From: a virus
Taxonomy: Duplodnaviria; Caudoviricetes
IMG/VR virus record: IMGVR_UViG_3300005670_000019
Direction: 5' to 3' (one strand)
Length of the DNA: 64,000 bases
Under the pieces are notes generated by a model that had not been told where the DNA came from, searched no databases, and worked only from the letters and a program-made list of their open reading frames with translations. The position numbers and the translations under genes were made by a program. Positions 9,701 to 18,719 of this stretch are shown here, in pieces (the stretch's first letter is position 1; every line of letters starts with the position of its first letter).

Positions 9701-9816
9701 GTCTAAAGAAGACTGGGTCGCCTGAACCATGGTCTTCTGAAAGGTATCAATCAATGATTGGTGCTGCGAAGGCAAGTTTGGCACTTTCAAAACGTAGAAG
9801 AGGAACACCTCCATGA
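6703..9816 (+). CDS. Large baseplate / tail-tube-initiator-like structural protein
   Basis: C-terminal PFYFHDLR...FHAFIEDISDSF...YGR.....KNFNRNLSLSF...PLIRLRVGDL...G.I..L....WE...PK resembles myovirus tube-initiator (gp48/gp54-like) domains; precedes a LysM gene. Confidence 0.6.
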   Translation: MANDNNFSGTNKIGGAIRTSTFAMALDVEETDNLAEFERTDLQDGVKEELVSHASALQSGATDNRFKTKFQVVEGVSEGSSYSPEGETVPFNPDGSVTGYETKRMSESSPDAVSSFENLSRPKTIEITVKKGKSSTPGESWDNLLADAEQERGKSKLGSAIVQRIAGNSNFNPNDPLINPDSKLRENESNVGSFFIHRSLGVHLPQNWPVPQGEDPGKVNIETLKSIGLLMMMNSTGDFYVPDDPNDILQGIAAKAQSLVPGQARIGMRVPTSRFGGTEILEQISDDFKRPTGGNIDIGNGRMLSYGSFNNPLVPFEGLSPTSARAAATLLSLTVTGLLKAYAAVFKRVFRLPIVALGQSVGQDRSNGGLPIKGEWTSFSQHRTTDYGSGEIVPFILKTEFDFENALNRGFQIMFNTGDNPAQTLINALSTVAGTGVIARSTGYFLTLLREIIRSTNDIIALGLPAFAGNVSELFSRSGVSIENVIDRLAGDKQSPDLGLANDIATSLVSLLEEANSTIFESKLTKIINIIAAIGDISLSAEQVGGNSVIDAIDDQDPAQPGFPNLAQLVSKNRLSDNVSFRSGRTAWAANNTPSKFLIPNTIVNGADLFANGRENGVLGALNSLGTSAILTDNGRLEAEDIQQFENDLDASYVPFYFHDLRTNEIISFHAFIEDISDSFRADIVENEAYGRMGKILTHKNFNRNLSLSFKVVATSKNDFDLMWFKINKLLSMMQPQYTRGRLLESGNEKFIQPFSQIPGASPLIRLRVGDLITTNFSDFDLARQFGVTSADFNPGSPPTDLPDNERYNQEYQRIEGRMRRGEWNVGDRGIVTRGTVVSDETSSYSFPSFADAEVLELLENQLKIGITLPDGAVATFYISPFSLSMSPEFIASQATQNVSPSVDGERNNQRQEAMSRFFGNENPIVRSFASVRGQGLPGMISDLNLDTRNSTWEIDYGSRAPKVVGISITFVPVFEINPGLDADGFMQGAVYNIGNVMNGLKKTGSPEPWSSERYQSMIGAAKASLALSKRRRGTPP

Positions 9817-10106
9817 CAATTAAGAGATACGCAAGATCACCTGTTCTAAACTTTGGTTACCAATATGGAACATCAAACGCTTGTCGAATTATTAGTGACG
9901 GTGTAAAAAATGGAAGTATTCGTTATGAAAAAACGTTTTTGAAGGCAGGAGAACGTTTGGATATTTTAGCTGGCAAAATCTATGGTGATGGAAAGCTTTG
10001 GTGGATTTTGGCTGGTGCTTCCAAAATCGGTTGGAGTTGTCAAACTCCGCCAGGAACCGAGATAATCATACCAAACCTCGAAGATGTTGGACGATTATTA
10101 TCTTGA
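9813..10106 (+). CDS. LysM / tail protein X-like baseplate wedge (gp53-like)
   Basis: GERLDILAGKIYGDGKLWWILA...PGTEIIIP. Confidence 0.8.
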   Translation: MTIKRYARSPVLNFGYQYGTSNACRIISDGVKNGSIRYEKTFLKAGERLDILAGKIYGDGKLWWILAGASKIGWSCQTPPGTEIIIPNLEDVGRLLS

Positions 10107-10177
10107 GTATCCATTTAGTATCTTTGAGTGGAACATAACCAATTAGAGCACAACCACCACCTCGAAGGGGTTCAAAC

Positions 10178-13100
10178 GTGAGCAGTAGAAAAATAATCGA
10201 AGCATCAAACAAGTTAGCAAAGTATTATGGGTTATACACTGCCCGTGACCTTGCTGGCTACATTGCTTTGGACCAAACAACTGGAGTAAATCAAACTGGT
10301 ACAAGTGAATTCAACTTCGGAAATGTTCCTCAATACCTTCAAGAAGTCATTGATTTGATTGTAAACACTGCTGAAGGTGCGCCAGCAACAATTGACATGC
10401 TCAATAAAATTAACGAAGTGATTCAATCAATTCCGGGAGCGAGTCGTGAAGAAGAGGAAAGAAACCTTCGAAGAGCACTTACTATCTTTTATGGGTCTGC
10501 TGATAGTGAGAAGTTTATTCCGGAAAGAATTCAACAGCTTGCAAATGACGACCCAAATCGATATGCTTCAATTGTTGAAATGATAACGCCAGTTGATGTA
10601 AACTCAGACAACCCGGCAGATTTTATCAACCAAACTCTCTCGGCACCTTCAAAGAACAGTCCGACCCTTTCCGTGGTTTATTCAAACTCCAGAAGGGCAA
10701 CACCAAACGTAAAAAATGTCAATCCTTTGGTGATTTTTTTGAATGGAATTCCAGCAACAGAAATGAGTTTAGCAACGCCATTTCTCAACATTCAATTCTT
10801 TCAACCAAGAGGTCCAACAGCAGCGGAACCTCAAAGAAGATTGCAATCAACATCTCTTCTTAGATTTTTGATTGGAGCAGAAAGAACAGATCAATCAGGG
10901 CTTCTATCTTCGCTTGCAGAAGCAAATAGAGTTACAGGCTCTCTCATATCTCCAGATAGAGAAACCGATGTTTATACTCAAACAGGAATGGAGATTTTTA
11001 CTTCACCACAAACTTTGATAAATGCAAATGAACAGAACTTTTCTCCTGATAATCAGGACACAACAACTCTTAGAGCAGTTCCAGTTTTGAACAAGTTTGC
11101 ACCTGCTGCTTCACTAAAGAATTTTTCTGTTGGAATTAAGGGAACGACTGGACTTATGTCATATAAGTCTGGCGAACTTTCTTTTGTAATTCATGACAGA
11201 TCAAGAATGTCAGAGTTTGCAGATTTCATCAAGCCAGATTTATATGGAGGAAGTGAAATCCTGATTGAGTATGGCTATGCTCATCCTCATGCAAACACAA
11301 ATTCGGGTCCAGACAATCCATATGCAGTTCTTTTGAATGAAATGCGTGTGAAAGAAAAATACGGAATTGTAAACTCTTCATTTACTTTTGATGATAGTGG
11401 ACAGGTTGTTGTAACTTTGAAGATTGCTATGAGAGGTGGTATCGAAAGTAGAAGTGAAAACATTGCCGCAGGGGAAGTGTCCGGACCAATCCGCGACCTT
11501 CAAAATATTGCAGAAACAATCTCAACTCTTAGACAGAGAGTTTTCAGAACAACAGAAAACTTGCCACAAAGAGAAATCCGTGGCTTACAGTTCTTGGATC
11601 TAGCACAAGACCAAGCAGCTCAACTAATTCTCAGTTCAGAACTCAAGAAAGAAGCCCGAGAACTAAGAAGATCACTCAGTCAGTCATCTTCTCCAGATGC
11701 TTCTTCTCTTTTGGATGCTTTGACAAGAGTTTTTGGAAGTCTCGACAGATCAAATCAGGTTGACAACTCTGGACTACGTTCTCAGGTGCGCCGCTCGGTA
11801 ACTGACAGCATCAACTCAAAAATTACCAAAATGGCATTGACTCCAGATCCAATGCTTAGAATTCCTTTTGAACTTTATGAGAAACTTGGCGAAAGTCGTG
11901 CCCGTTCAGGTGCTCGCCTCATTGATGAGAGAAATCAAGGACTTACAGAAGAACAAAGAAGAAACGCAAGAGAGTATTTCAACCTCTTTCAGAAGTTGGG
12001 AAGAACAAATGTTACATCAGTTTCTCTTGCAAAACTTCTTCTTACTTTTGTGGGCGATCCAATGGCTCGAACAGGAAAGTTCGATGATGTTCAACTTATT
12101 TTTTATCCGTTCAATGATAAAGCTGGTTTTGCAAAAACCATCAACATTGGAGAATTCCAAGTGGATTTACAGTTCTTTGCTACAGAATACACAAGATATC
12201 GTCTTGAAAATGTAGCTCGTGCTGGAAATGTAAACGTTCGTGACTTCCTTAGATTTGTGGCTGAAACGCTCATTGATGATCCCGCTGCCATCTCATATGG
12301 ACTTATTCAAGGACGTCAACAAAATCTCACACCGATTTGGCGTGATGTTGTTGCTGCAAACAACAGAAACCAATCACCAATCAATGACGCTCCTGTTCAA
12401 AACCAATTGATTGAGGAGGCGTTGAAAGATGTTACTGGTGGCGAGTTTAGAATGCCTCAAGTTGAGTTTTTCCTTGAAGCCGTTCCAAGAAGAGTACAAC
12501 TTACAGAAGGAACAGATCCAGATGAGGGTTCCTCTCAAACTGTTTTGAGAATTCATGTTTATGATAAAACATGTTCTCCTTATTCAACCATCTCTCAAAT
12601 TCTTGAAGCTCAAAGAAATGACCAAATCAACTCCATTCCAGCTTCACCACTTGTTCAAGGTGATACAGAAGTAAGTCAAGAGAATGCTCAACAAGCTTCC
12701 AGAGTTTTGGAACTTGCTGACAACTTCAACCTTCTTGAGAAACTTCAAGAAAGTGTCATTGGTGCAGATGGACAAACAATCACAATAGATCGCTATGTTG
12801 TAAAGGGTGGTCCAACAGCAATCAAGAATTTTTTGTATCGTTCAACTCCATATATCATTTATGGAGCTGCTGGCACAAATGTCATAAAAGCAAATCTGTC
12901 TTCTCAACAAAATGCTCAATTGAGCACAGTAAACATGTTGCGCTCTCTTAGGGCAGATCCATTACAACCAACTGGTGAACAACCAGGCGGTCTGCCTCTT
13001 TCAGTTATTCCAAGCGAAGGAACTTTGGATTTGAATGGGTGTCCATTATTGGAATACACTCAACAGTTCTTCATTGACTTTCAAACAGGAACAAGCATTG

Positions 13101-13288
13101 ATAACATCTATGCGATTACAGATATCAATCATACTTTTGAAGCGGGAACTTTTAGAACTTCAGCGAAGTTCGTCCCACTTGAGGCATATGGAAAGTACAA
13201 TAGTTTGACAGAGAACATCAGAACCGCAATCGGTATTGTTGATCGTTATCAAACAGAAAGACAGCAAACAGAAGGAAATAGAGGTTGA
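10178..13288 (+). CDS. Baseplate hub / late-control-D-like structural protein
   Basis: 1036 aa, GTG start; C-terminal GCPLLEYTQQFFIDFQTGTSIDNIYAITDINHTFEAGTFRT is a hub-type ending; follows the LysM gene. Confidence 0.6.
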   Translation: MSSRKIIEASNKLAKYYGLYTARDLAGYIALDQTTGVNQTGTSEFNFGNVPQYLQEVIDLIVNTAEGAPATIDMLNKINEVIQSIPGASREEEERNLRRALTIFYGSADSEKFIPERIQQLANDDPNRYASIVEMITPVDVNSDNPADFINQTLSAPSKNSPTLSVVYSNSRRATPNVKNVNPLVIFLNGIPATEMSLATPFLNIQFFQPRGPTAAEPQRRLQSTSLLRFLIGAERTDQSGLLSSLAEANRVTGSLISPDRETDVYTQTGMEIFTSPQTLINANEQNFSPDNQDTTTLRAVPVLNKFAPAASLKNFSVGIKGTTGLMSYKSGELSFVIHDRSRMSEFADFIKPDLYGGSEILIEYGYAHPHANTNSGPDNPYAVLLNEMRVKEKYGIVNSSFTFDDSGQVVVTLKIAMRGGIESRSENIAAGEVSGPIRDLQNIAETISTLRQRVFRTTENLPQREIRGLQFLDLAQDQAAQLILSSELKKEARELRRSLSQSSSPDASSLLDALTRVFGSLDRSNQVDNSGLRSQVRRSVTDSINSKITKMALTPDPMLRIPFELYEKLGESRARSGARLIDERNQGLTEEQRRNAREYFNLFQKLGRTNVTSVSLAKLLLTFVGDPMARTGKFDDVQLIFYPFNDKAGFAKTINIGEFQVDLQFFATEYTRYRLENVARAGNVNVRDFLRFVAETLIDDPAAISYGLIQGRQQNLTPIWRDVVAANNRNQSPINDAPVQNQLIEEALKDVTGGEFRMPQVEFFLEAVPRRVQLTEGTDPDEGSSQTVLRIHVYDKTCSPYSTISQILEAQRNDQINSIPASPLVQGDTEVSQENAQQASRVLELADNFNLLEKLQESVIGADGQTITIDRYVVKGGPTAIKNFLYRSTPYIIYGAAGTNVIKANLSSQQNAQLSTVNMLRSLRADPLQPTGEQPGGLPLSVIPSEGTLDLNGCPLLEYTQQFFIDFQTGTSIDNIYAITDINHTFEAGTFRTSAKFVPLEAYGKYNSLTENIRTAIGIVDRYQTERQQTEGNRG

Positions 13289-13515
13289 ATATGAGTGAGA
13301 AAGTTTCAATGGGGAAAGAGTATCAAAAAAAAGAAGAGTTGATGCAATCAACTCTATCTCACCTTCGTTCCATTGCTCAAGAACTTGAAACACAACAGGA
13401 CTTGATGTTGGCGGCGCGTGAGTTTCTTTATCTTCAAAGTGGAGAAGAGGCTGACAAAGAAATGATTATGATGACTTTGAGAGCAATACCTTTATCTGTA
13501 TTGAAAGCTCAATAA
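13285..13515 (+). CDS. Hypothetical protein
   Basis: 76-aa ORF with GAGG SD. Confidence 0.6.
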   Translation: MNMSEKVSMGKEYQKKEELMQSTLSHLRSIAQELETQQDLMLAAREFLYLQSGEEADKEMIMMTLRAIPLSVLKAQ

Positions 13516-13691
13516 TCAAACTCAAGGCATGAAACCCATATTGCATACAAAAAACTTGCAAGAATAACTGTTATAAAAAGTGAATCATAGAACAAGACAA
13601 CAATCAAAGTCATAAAAGGAACAACAGAAAAGATAATGATTGCTCGAACGATCCATCGCCAAAGAAACTCGAAGATGGCTTCAAAGATCAT
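13509..13691 (-). CDS. Small membrane protein (2 TM)
   Basis: Two hydrophobic stretches; ATGA-coupled. Confidence 0.6.
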   Translation of the reverse strand: MIFEAIFEFLWRWIVRAIIIFSVVPFMTLIVVLFYDSLFITVILASFLYAIWVSCLEFDY

Positions 13692-14029
13692 ACTCTCTCT
13701 TTCAGGGTGCCGTCTTCATATTTTGTCTTGTAGTATTCAAACTCCCAAGCTTGCTTGTAGATTGCGTGCATGATTTCGAGAGGAATTGTTCCTTTTAGCA
13801 ATTCTTCCCTTAGTCTCATCCATGAAGTTTCCGGAAGAACAAACCAACCCTCAGGCAAAGGTCCATAATTCTTTCCTGCTGGAGGGTCAATTTTTACAAC
13901 CTTTGGGGCTGTTCCAACACGCATGCCCGGACCGAACTTTGCTTGCATGATCGTAACAGTAGAACCTTCCCAAATAGGAAAAGTTTCAATGCGGGTTGTC
14001 GGTTCCAAATTCAAATCTTTCAAATCCAT
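13688..14029 (-). CDS. Hypothetical protein
   Basis: 113-aa ORF, AGGA SD. Confidence 0.7.
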   Translation of the reverse strand: MDLKDLNLEPTTRIETFPIWEGSTVTIMQAKFGPGMRVGTAPKVVKIDPPAGKNYGPLPEGWFVLPETSWMRLREELLKGTIPLEIMHAIYKQAWEFEYYKTKYEDGTLKERV

Positions 14030-14035
14030 ATTATC

Positions 14036-14356
14036 CTACTTTCCTATTGAAAAACACAAAAGTCCGTTGATGTAAATGTCGCAAAGTCCAAAGAAGTTTT
14101 CTGACGCATATCCTTGATAATCAAGAATAAATCTTTTCTTGTAGTTTCCAACTTCAATAAGTGCTGCTACAAACGAAGTGTCGAAATGAAACTTTTCCAA
14201 AACAACAAAGCTTCTAGAAGTAAAATATACAACAACCTGAGACTCAAGAAGATCCTTAGCCAAGGTAAATTTGCCATTCTCATGAAGATGAAACTCTAGA
14301 ATGTCTCCCGGATGAAGTTTGTGAATGAGTTTTGTAAAATCGTATGTTGTAAGCAC
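14036..14356 (-). CDS. Small LxxGD...NG paralog family protein 1
   Basis: KLHPGDILEF...DIYINGLL. Confidence 0.7.
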   Translation of the reverse strand: MLTTYDFTKLIHKLHPGDILEFHLHENGKFTLAKDLLESQVVVYFTSRSFVVLEKFHFDTSFVAALIEVGNYKKRFILDYQGYASENFFGLCDIYINGLLCFSIGK

Positions 14357-14709
14357 TAAACAAATCTCTTTCCATTTACAAAGACGTCAAAATCAAAGTA
14401 GTTTATATCGAGCTTTTCAAACTCTCGCCTACAATGACGAAGCATATCAGCTATCCATCCGACAAATAAAGTGATGGAATGGTCACTTGGATCACGAAAG
14501 GTTATATGATGGTCAGGTCCACGTTCAACTTCTTGAACATACAAGAGAACCCTTTCTATCAGACCCACGGCGTTTTCGTTCATTTCTTTTGTAAAGAAGA
14601 GAGCTCGAAGTGCTTGATTTCCGATCTCTGGACTATAATGAATGTTTACAAACTCAACAACATCCCCAACTTCAAGGAAAGTTTCAAGTCTTTCAAATTT
14701 GTTATTCAT
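14356..14709 (-). CDS. Small LxxGD...NG paralog family protein 2
   Basis: FLEVGDVVEF...DVFVNGKR. Confidence 0.7.
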   Translation of the reverse strand: MNNKFERLETFLEVGDVVEFVNIHYSPEIGNQALRALFFTKEMNENAVGLIERVLLYVQEVERGPDHHITFRDPSDHSITLFVGWIADMLRHCRREFEKLDINYFDFDVFVNGKRFV

Positions 14710-15037
14710 GATGTTTTACTTTCATGACCAACATTCCATTGAGGAATACTTTGCAATCTATTGAATATCCGAGAACACGTTGCGAAATGTAATACTGTTC
14801 AAATGTTGAAATTTCTCTTAGATAAATTCTTTTTTCCTCAATATCTTCTACGTAAAAAGTCATTTCATCTGTAATGTCGAGGACGGTCACCACACTAAAA
14901 TCGCGATAAGTGCCTACGTGTTTAGTTTCCAAAACTAAATCACGAAAATTGTTTGGTCTTTCATCATTTTGAGAAAACGAAACAATGTCGCCTGCCTTCA
15001 AGGTTTCAAAGCACCAATTGTAAAGGTCAATGTTCAT
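14702..15037 (-). CDS. Small LxxGD...NG paralog family protein 3
   Basis: TLKAGDIVSF...KVFLNGML. Confidence 0.7.
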   Translation of the reverse strand: MNIDLYNWCFETLKAGDIVSFSQNDERPNNFRDLVLETKHVGTYRDFSVVTVLDITDEMTFYVEDIEEKRIYLREISTFEQYYISQRVLGYSIDCKVFLNGMLVMKVKHHE

Positions 15038-15383
15038 TACTATCCATTATTAGGTCTTTGCCGTTTAGGCTGAAAACGCAAGAATTGGAATTATAATGAT
15101 TGAGCAACCGTTCAGTAATTAAATACTCCTGAAAGGTGTTTGAGTCAAGTATAACAATGGCTTTGTTTACCAATGGATGCTTGCCAATCTCAACAACAAT
15201 AAAACTTCTTGGACCCTTTTCAAGAGAGAGGATCACGTCCGCAAGTCGTGGTTGAAATCCCTCTGTAAATCTTTTACATAGGAAAAGATGACTGACTATT
15301 CCTTCTTGCTTCATTTCTCTGAAAGTAAGAACATCTCCTTCTTTGAGGTTCTCCATCAGCCAATTAAATTCCTGAATGTTCAC
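15027..15383 (-). CDS. Small LxxGD...NG paralog family protein 4
   Basis: NLKEGDVLTF...VFSLNGKD. Confidence 0.7.
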   Translation of the reverse strand: MNIQEFNWLMENLKEGDVLTFREMKQEGIVSHLFLCKRFTEGFQPRLADVILSLEKGPRSFIVVEIGKHPLVNKAIVILDSNTFQEYLITERLLNHYNSNSCVFSLNGKDLIMDSNEH

Positions 15384-15640
15384 TTCTTATTCTCCTTACG
15401 AAGCCTCAAAAGTCCTTTTGCTGCCATGATGAACGCCCAAACGTTCAAAATGTTGAAAAGAATGATTCCGATTTGTTCTGGATTGTTTAGAGCCAATGTA
15501 GTTTCGATGATGAAATACATCGCATAAATGAATAGATTTAGAGTGTATACAAGTTTGTTATTCCCTTTGGAAAGGTTCCAATGAGATAGAACACTTAGAA
15601 TAACAGTGATGATACTTGCGATGAGAAAGAAAATGGTCAT
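15380..15640 (-). CDS. Small 3-TM membrane protein (PnuC/SemiSWEET-like size)
   Basis: Three hydrophobic segments and a basic tail. Confidence 0.6.
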   Translation of the reverse strand: MTIFFLIASIITVILSVLSHWNLSKGNNKLVYTLNLFIYAMYFIIETTLALNNPEQIGIILFNILNVWAFIMAAKGLLRLRKENKK

Positions 15641-16323
15641 ACCTTCAACCTAAGTTTCTTGATTTCTTTTCTATAGATACTTTTTCCATATTTCAAACCT
15701 TGAACTATCGGAAGCAAGCCATCACTTGCAACAAAACATGTTGACCAATGAAATCTAAAATCGGGTCCATGACCAAACATATATTTCCCAATAAAACCTG
15801 CTGGGACATATCTCTCAAATGATGGCTTTTCAAAAATCACATACCCAAACGGAAACTCGATCTCGCGCGGTCTGATGTTGTGCCAATAGAAATCAAATGA
15901 ATGATTGTTTAGCCAACTTTTGAGATCGTTAGGACGATCCCACTCTTTCCAGTTTGGATTTTTGGTTACATAACCTTTGTGGTTCAGGGATGTTGGAATT
16001 GGACTTACAATTCTTTTTTCTTGAAAAAAGGTGTCTCCATGTCCTTCACCAACGAAAACTATTGTGTCTTTTGGGAGGAACCTAAGATGAGAAGGCTTCT
16101 TTACTTTGACAACATTCTCCGGCATGTCACAACCATAAAGTTCCCAATCTTTATCCCAGAATTCATGGTATTCTTGCTTTCCGGTTTCATATACCGGAAT
16201 GATCCAAGAATCTATATGCTGCGATTTTCTTTTGTGTACTTTATGTACATTTCTAATATTCTTTTTCCTCGCAGGCGTTCTTTTGTACGGACGCATTGGC
16301 ATGGTTCGAGGAAAATGTTGCAT
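15637..16323 (-). CDS. Hypothetical protein
   Basis: 228-aa ORF; TTGAAA box at promoter spacing upstream. Confidence 0.7.
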   Translation of the reverse strand: MQHFPRTMPMRPYKRTPARKKNIRNVHKVHKRKSQHIDSWIIPVYETGKQEYHEFWDKDWELYGCDMPENVVKVKKPSHLRFLPKDTIVFVGEGHGDTFFQEKRIVSPIPTSLNHKGYVTKNPNWKEWDRPNDLKSWLNNHSFDFYWHNIRPREIEFPFGYVIFEKPSFERYVPAGFIGKYMFGHGPDFRFHWSTCFVASDGLLPIVQGLKYGKSIYRKEIKKLRLKV

Positions 16324-16420
16324 ACCATACCATTAGCAGAAATTTGTCGATTTTTCAAGGAAAATCAATAATTTCTAAAGGTTTTTGACTAAACTATTTA
16401 TAGATATTCCCTGGTATTGC

Positions 16421-16449
16421 TTGAAATTCGATGCCGTTTGGGGTACCTT
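16421..16449 (+). promoter_or_regulatory. Sigma70-type promoter
   Basis: TTGAAA-17 bp-TACCTT, then AAGGAG SD. Confidence 0.65.
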
Positions 16450-16468
16450 GGAATACAAGGAGAAACTG

Positions 16469-17854
16469 ATGGTAGACAAGCACACCGCCCACGAGGCACC
16501 GAAGAAGAACGAACCGAAGACGAACGACCAAGGTTCCATTCTAAACGAAGCAATCATGAAGCTGCGTCAATACAACGCGCAGCCGAATGACGAGGAGTTT
16601 CAGCGACTTTTCGTGAGCATCCTCATGCAGGAGCCTTTCCTTTCGACGATGGCTCTCAGTATCAACCGAATCGTCGACAACACCATGCCGACCGCATATG
16701 TTGGTGTGCAGCGTGATGGGACGGAGCTTGCCTTCGTTCTCGGATATAACGCAGATTTCATGCGTTCTTTGACGCGTGAAGTCCAGCTTGGCGTGATCAA
16801 GCACGAGCTTTATCACTTGGTTTTCAACCATATCACCTCGCGAGGTGTCGGTGATAAGCGCATGGCAAAGCTTTGGAACATTGCAACCGACCTTGCAATC
16901 AACTCGATTATCGGCAAGGATAGTTTGCCGAAGGTCTGTCTCGTTCCGGGTCAGCGCCCGCTCGACATGACCACGGGTAAGCCCTCAGAAAAAAAGGTGG
17001 CTGACTACATTGCCAAGGCAAAGGGAATGCAGGCTTCCGACCTTTACTTCGAGGAGTTGAAGGAAGTTTTGAAGGACGAACTGTCCAAGGGACAGGAAGC
17101 TCTTGAAATCGCCCTCGGCGGAATCGGAGAAATGGATGACCATTCCGGATGGGGCGATCTACCGGCTGAAATCGAAGAGCAGCTTCGTGAAAGCATTCGT
17201 GAGCTTGTTTCCGAGGCTGTCAAGAAGTGTGACCGTTCCAACAATTGGGGCTCGGTTCCCGCAGAAATGCAGGAATACATTCGAAAGATGCTCTCGAATG
17301 AAGTTGATTGGCGTTCGATTGTCAAGAACTTCCTTGGACGCTGCCGAACCTCGGACCGCTTGGCAACGATCAAGCGAATTAACAAGAAGGTTCCTTATGC
17401 TCACCCTGGCGTGAAGCGTAAGACTGTCGCAACTTTCGCATGTTTCATTGACCAGTCGGGATCGGTTGGTGATAATGACCTTGAGCTTTTCTTTGGAGAG
17501 CTTGGTTCTTTCTCTCGCGAAACTCAGTTGGACGTTTTTCATTTCGACACCGATGTTGACGAAAAGTCTCACACGGTTTGGCGAAAGAACGGACCAGTAC
17601 CTAAGCCGAAGCGTACTCGCTGTGGCGGAACGGATTTCGATGCCGTGGCTCGATTCGTAAACCGCCAGGAAAACCAGGGAAAGTGGTCGGGCATCGTAAT
17701 CCTAACGGATGGTTATGCTCCGAAGCTTGGAATGGTTAAGGGCGCAAAGGTTTTGTGGGTTATCACCGAGAGTGGTGATGCAAAGAGTGCAATTCGATCT
17801 GGTGACCTTGTTTGCCAGATGAAGCGTGCGAAGTCGTTCCAGCGACACGGGTGA
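16469..17854 (+). CDS. Zincin metallopeptidase + VWA domain protein (DUF2201-like)
   Basis: HELYH, WNIATDLAIN, DDHSGW, MIDAS DQSGS...GGTDF...LTDG; start at ATG 16469 after AAGGAG. Confidence 0.85.
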   Translation: MVDKHTAHEAPKKNEPKTNDQGSILNEAIMKLRQYNAQPNDEEFQRLFVSILMQEPFLSTMALSINRIVDNTMPTAYVGVQRDGTELAFVLGYNADFMRSLTREVQLGVIKHELYHLVFNHITSRGVGDKRMAKLWNIATDLAINSIIGKDSLPKVCLVPGQRPLDMTTGKPSEKKVADYIAKAKGMQASDLYFEELKEVLKDELSKGQEALEIALGGIGEMDDHSGWGDLPAEIEEQLRESIRELVSEAVKKCDRSNNWGSVPAEMQEYIRKMLSNEVDWRSIVKNFLGRCRTSDRLATIKRINKKVPYAHPGVKRKTVATFACFIDQSGSVGDNDLELFFGELGSFSRETQLDVFHFDTDVDEKSHTVWRKNGPVPKPKRTRCGGTDFDAVARFVNRQENQGKWSGIVILTDGYAPKLGMVKGAKVLWVITESGDAKSAIRSGDLVCQMKRAKSFQRHG

Positions 17855-17879
17855 ATTTCGGCTCCTTCTCCTTGCCAAG

Positions 17880-17908
17880 ATAAAGGCTCCTGTAATGGGA
17901 GCCTTTAT
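17880..17908 (+). terminator. Intrinsic terminator
   Basis: ataaaggctcc...ggagcctttat followed by a T-rich tail. Confidence 0.7.
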
Positions 17909-17916
17909 TTATTTTC

Positions 17917-17945
17917 TTGAAAATGCCTGCGCCTCGTGTTATTCT
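17917..17945 (+). promoter_or_regulatory. Sigma70-type promoter
   Basis: TTGAAA-17 bp (ending tgt)-TATTCT. Confidence 0.7.
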
Positions 17946-17969
17946 GGTATGGTAGATAAGGAACAAAAC

Positions 17970-18719
17970 ATGAACCCTTTTGCACTGCTAAGTAACTTTC
18001 TTGTCGCAAACATGGATTTGCGTGTCACCAAGTATGATGAACTTGAAAAAGGACTTCATGAAAGCAACCGCATAAAGGACACTTGGGACAGAAGTTTCGA
18101 TATTCCAAAAGGGTCCTTGATTTACATTTCTCGATACACCGCTGATACACTTTCTATTAGTTGCTATACGCCTGATGGAAAGCATGGAAAGGGAAAGATT
18201 CCTTTCTCTTCGGTTGAAGATGGAATGTTTTCATTGACTGACGAAACAATCTTTCAATGTAAGTTTCAAAAAGCACTTACTGGTCTTGGTTCCGATATCC
18301 TTATTCAATATTTTGAAAAGGAAAAGGAACCTTTGTACGAGGTAACGGTCAATCAAGGTTGTGATAACATTCCTCGCATTTCCACTGTGAGCATTCAAAA
18401 TCTCTTTTGGGACAGCAATCACGCCTGGCACCTCGTCCAGCGCGATTTTGCTCCATTCGGTGAATTTCCGGATCATCCTCTAAAGGACATTTTTGTGTCC
18501 TTGGACATTCTTTATCTTTGTGGTTGGATCGCACTGGAAGATTATAGACACATCGGGACGCAAAAATATACTCTGTTTCCGCGATTTCACAAGTTCAAAG
18601 ATGTAAAGATTGTTCCATTCCACAATGGATATCTTGAGGCACACAAAATCGTTTCCATAAATGCAAGTACGATCGCCAAGACCTATTTCAAAGAGCAAGC
18701 AAAGAAAGCAAAAGTATGA
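17970..18719 (+). CDS. Hypothetical protein (start revised to MNPF)
   Basis: AAGGA SD before ATG 17970. Confidence 0.7.
   Translation: MNPFALLSNFLVANMDLRVTKYDELEKGLHESNRIKDTWDRSFDIPKGSLIYISRYTADTLSISCYTPDGKHGKGKIPFSSVEDGMFSLTDETIFQCKFQKALTGLGSDILIQYFEKEKEPLYEVTVNQGCDNIPRISTVSIQNLFWDSNHAWHLVQRDFAPFGEFPDHPLKDIFVSLDILYLCGWIALEDYRHIGTQKYTLFPRFHKFKDVKIVPFHNGYLEAHKIVSINASTIAKTYFKEQAKKAKV

Noticed and set aside
16330-16358. TTGAAA-17 bp-TAATGG-6 nt-ATG upstream of gene 16323
   Set aside because: Spacing fits the leaderless class but the -10 lacks the conserved final T, so it was not counted
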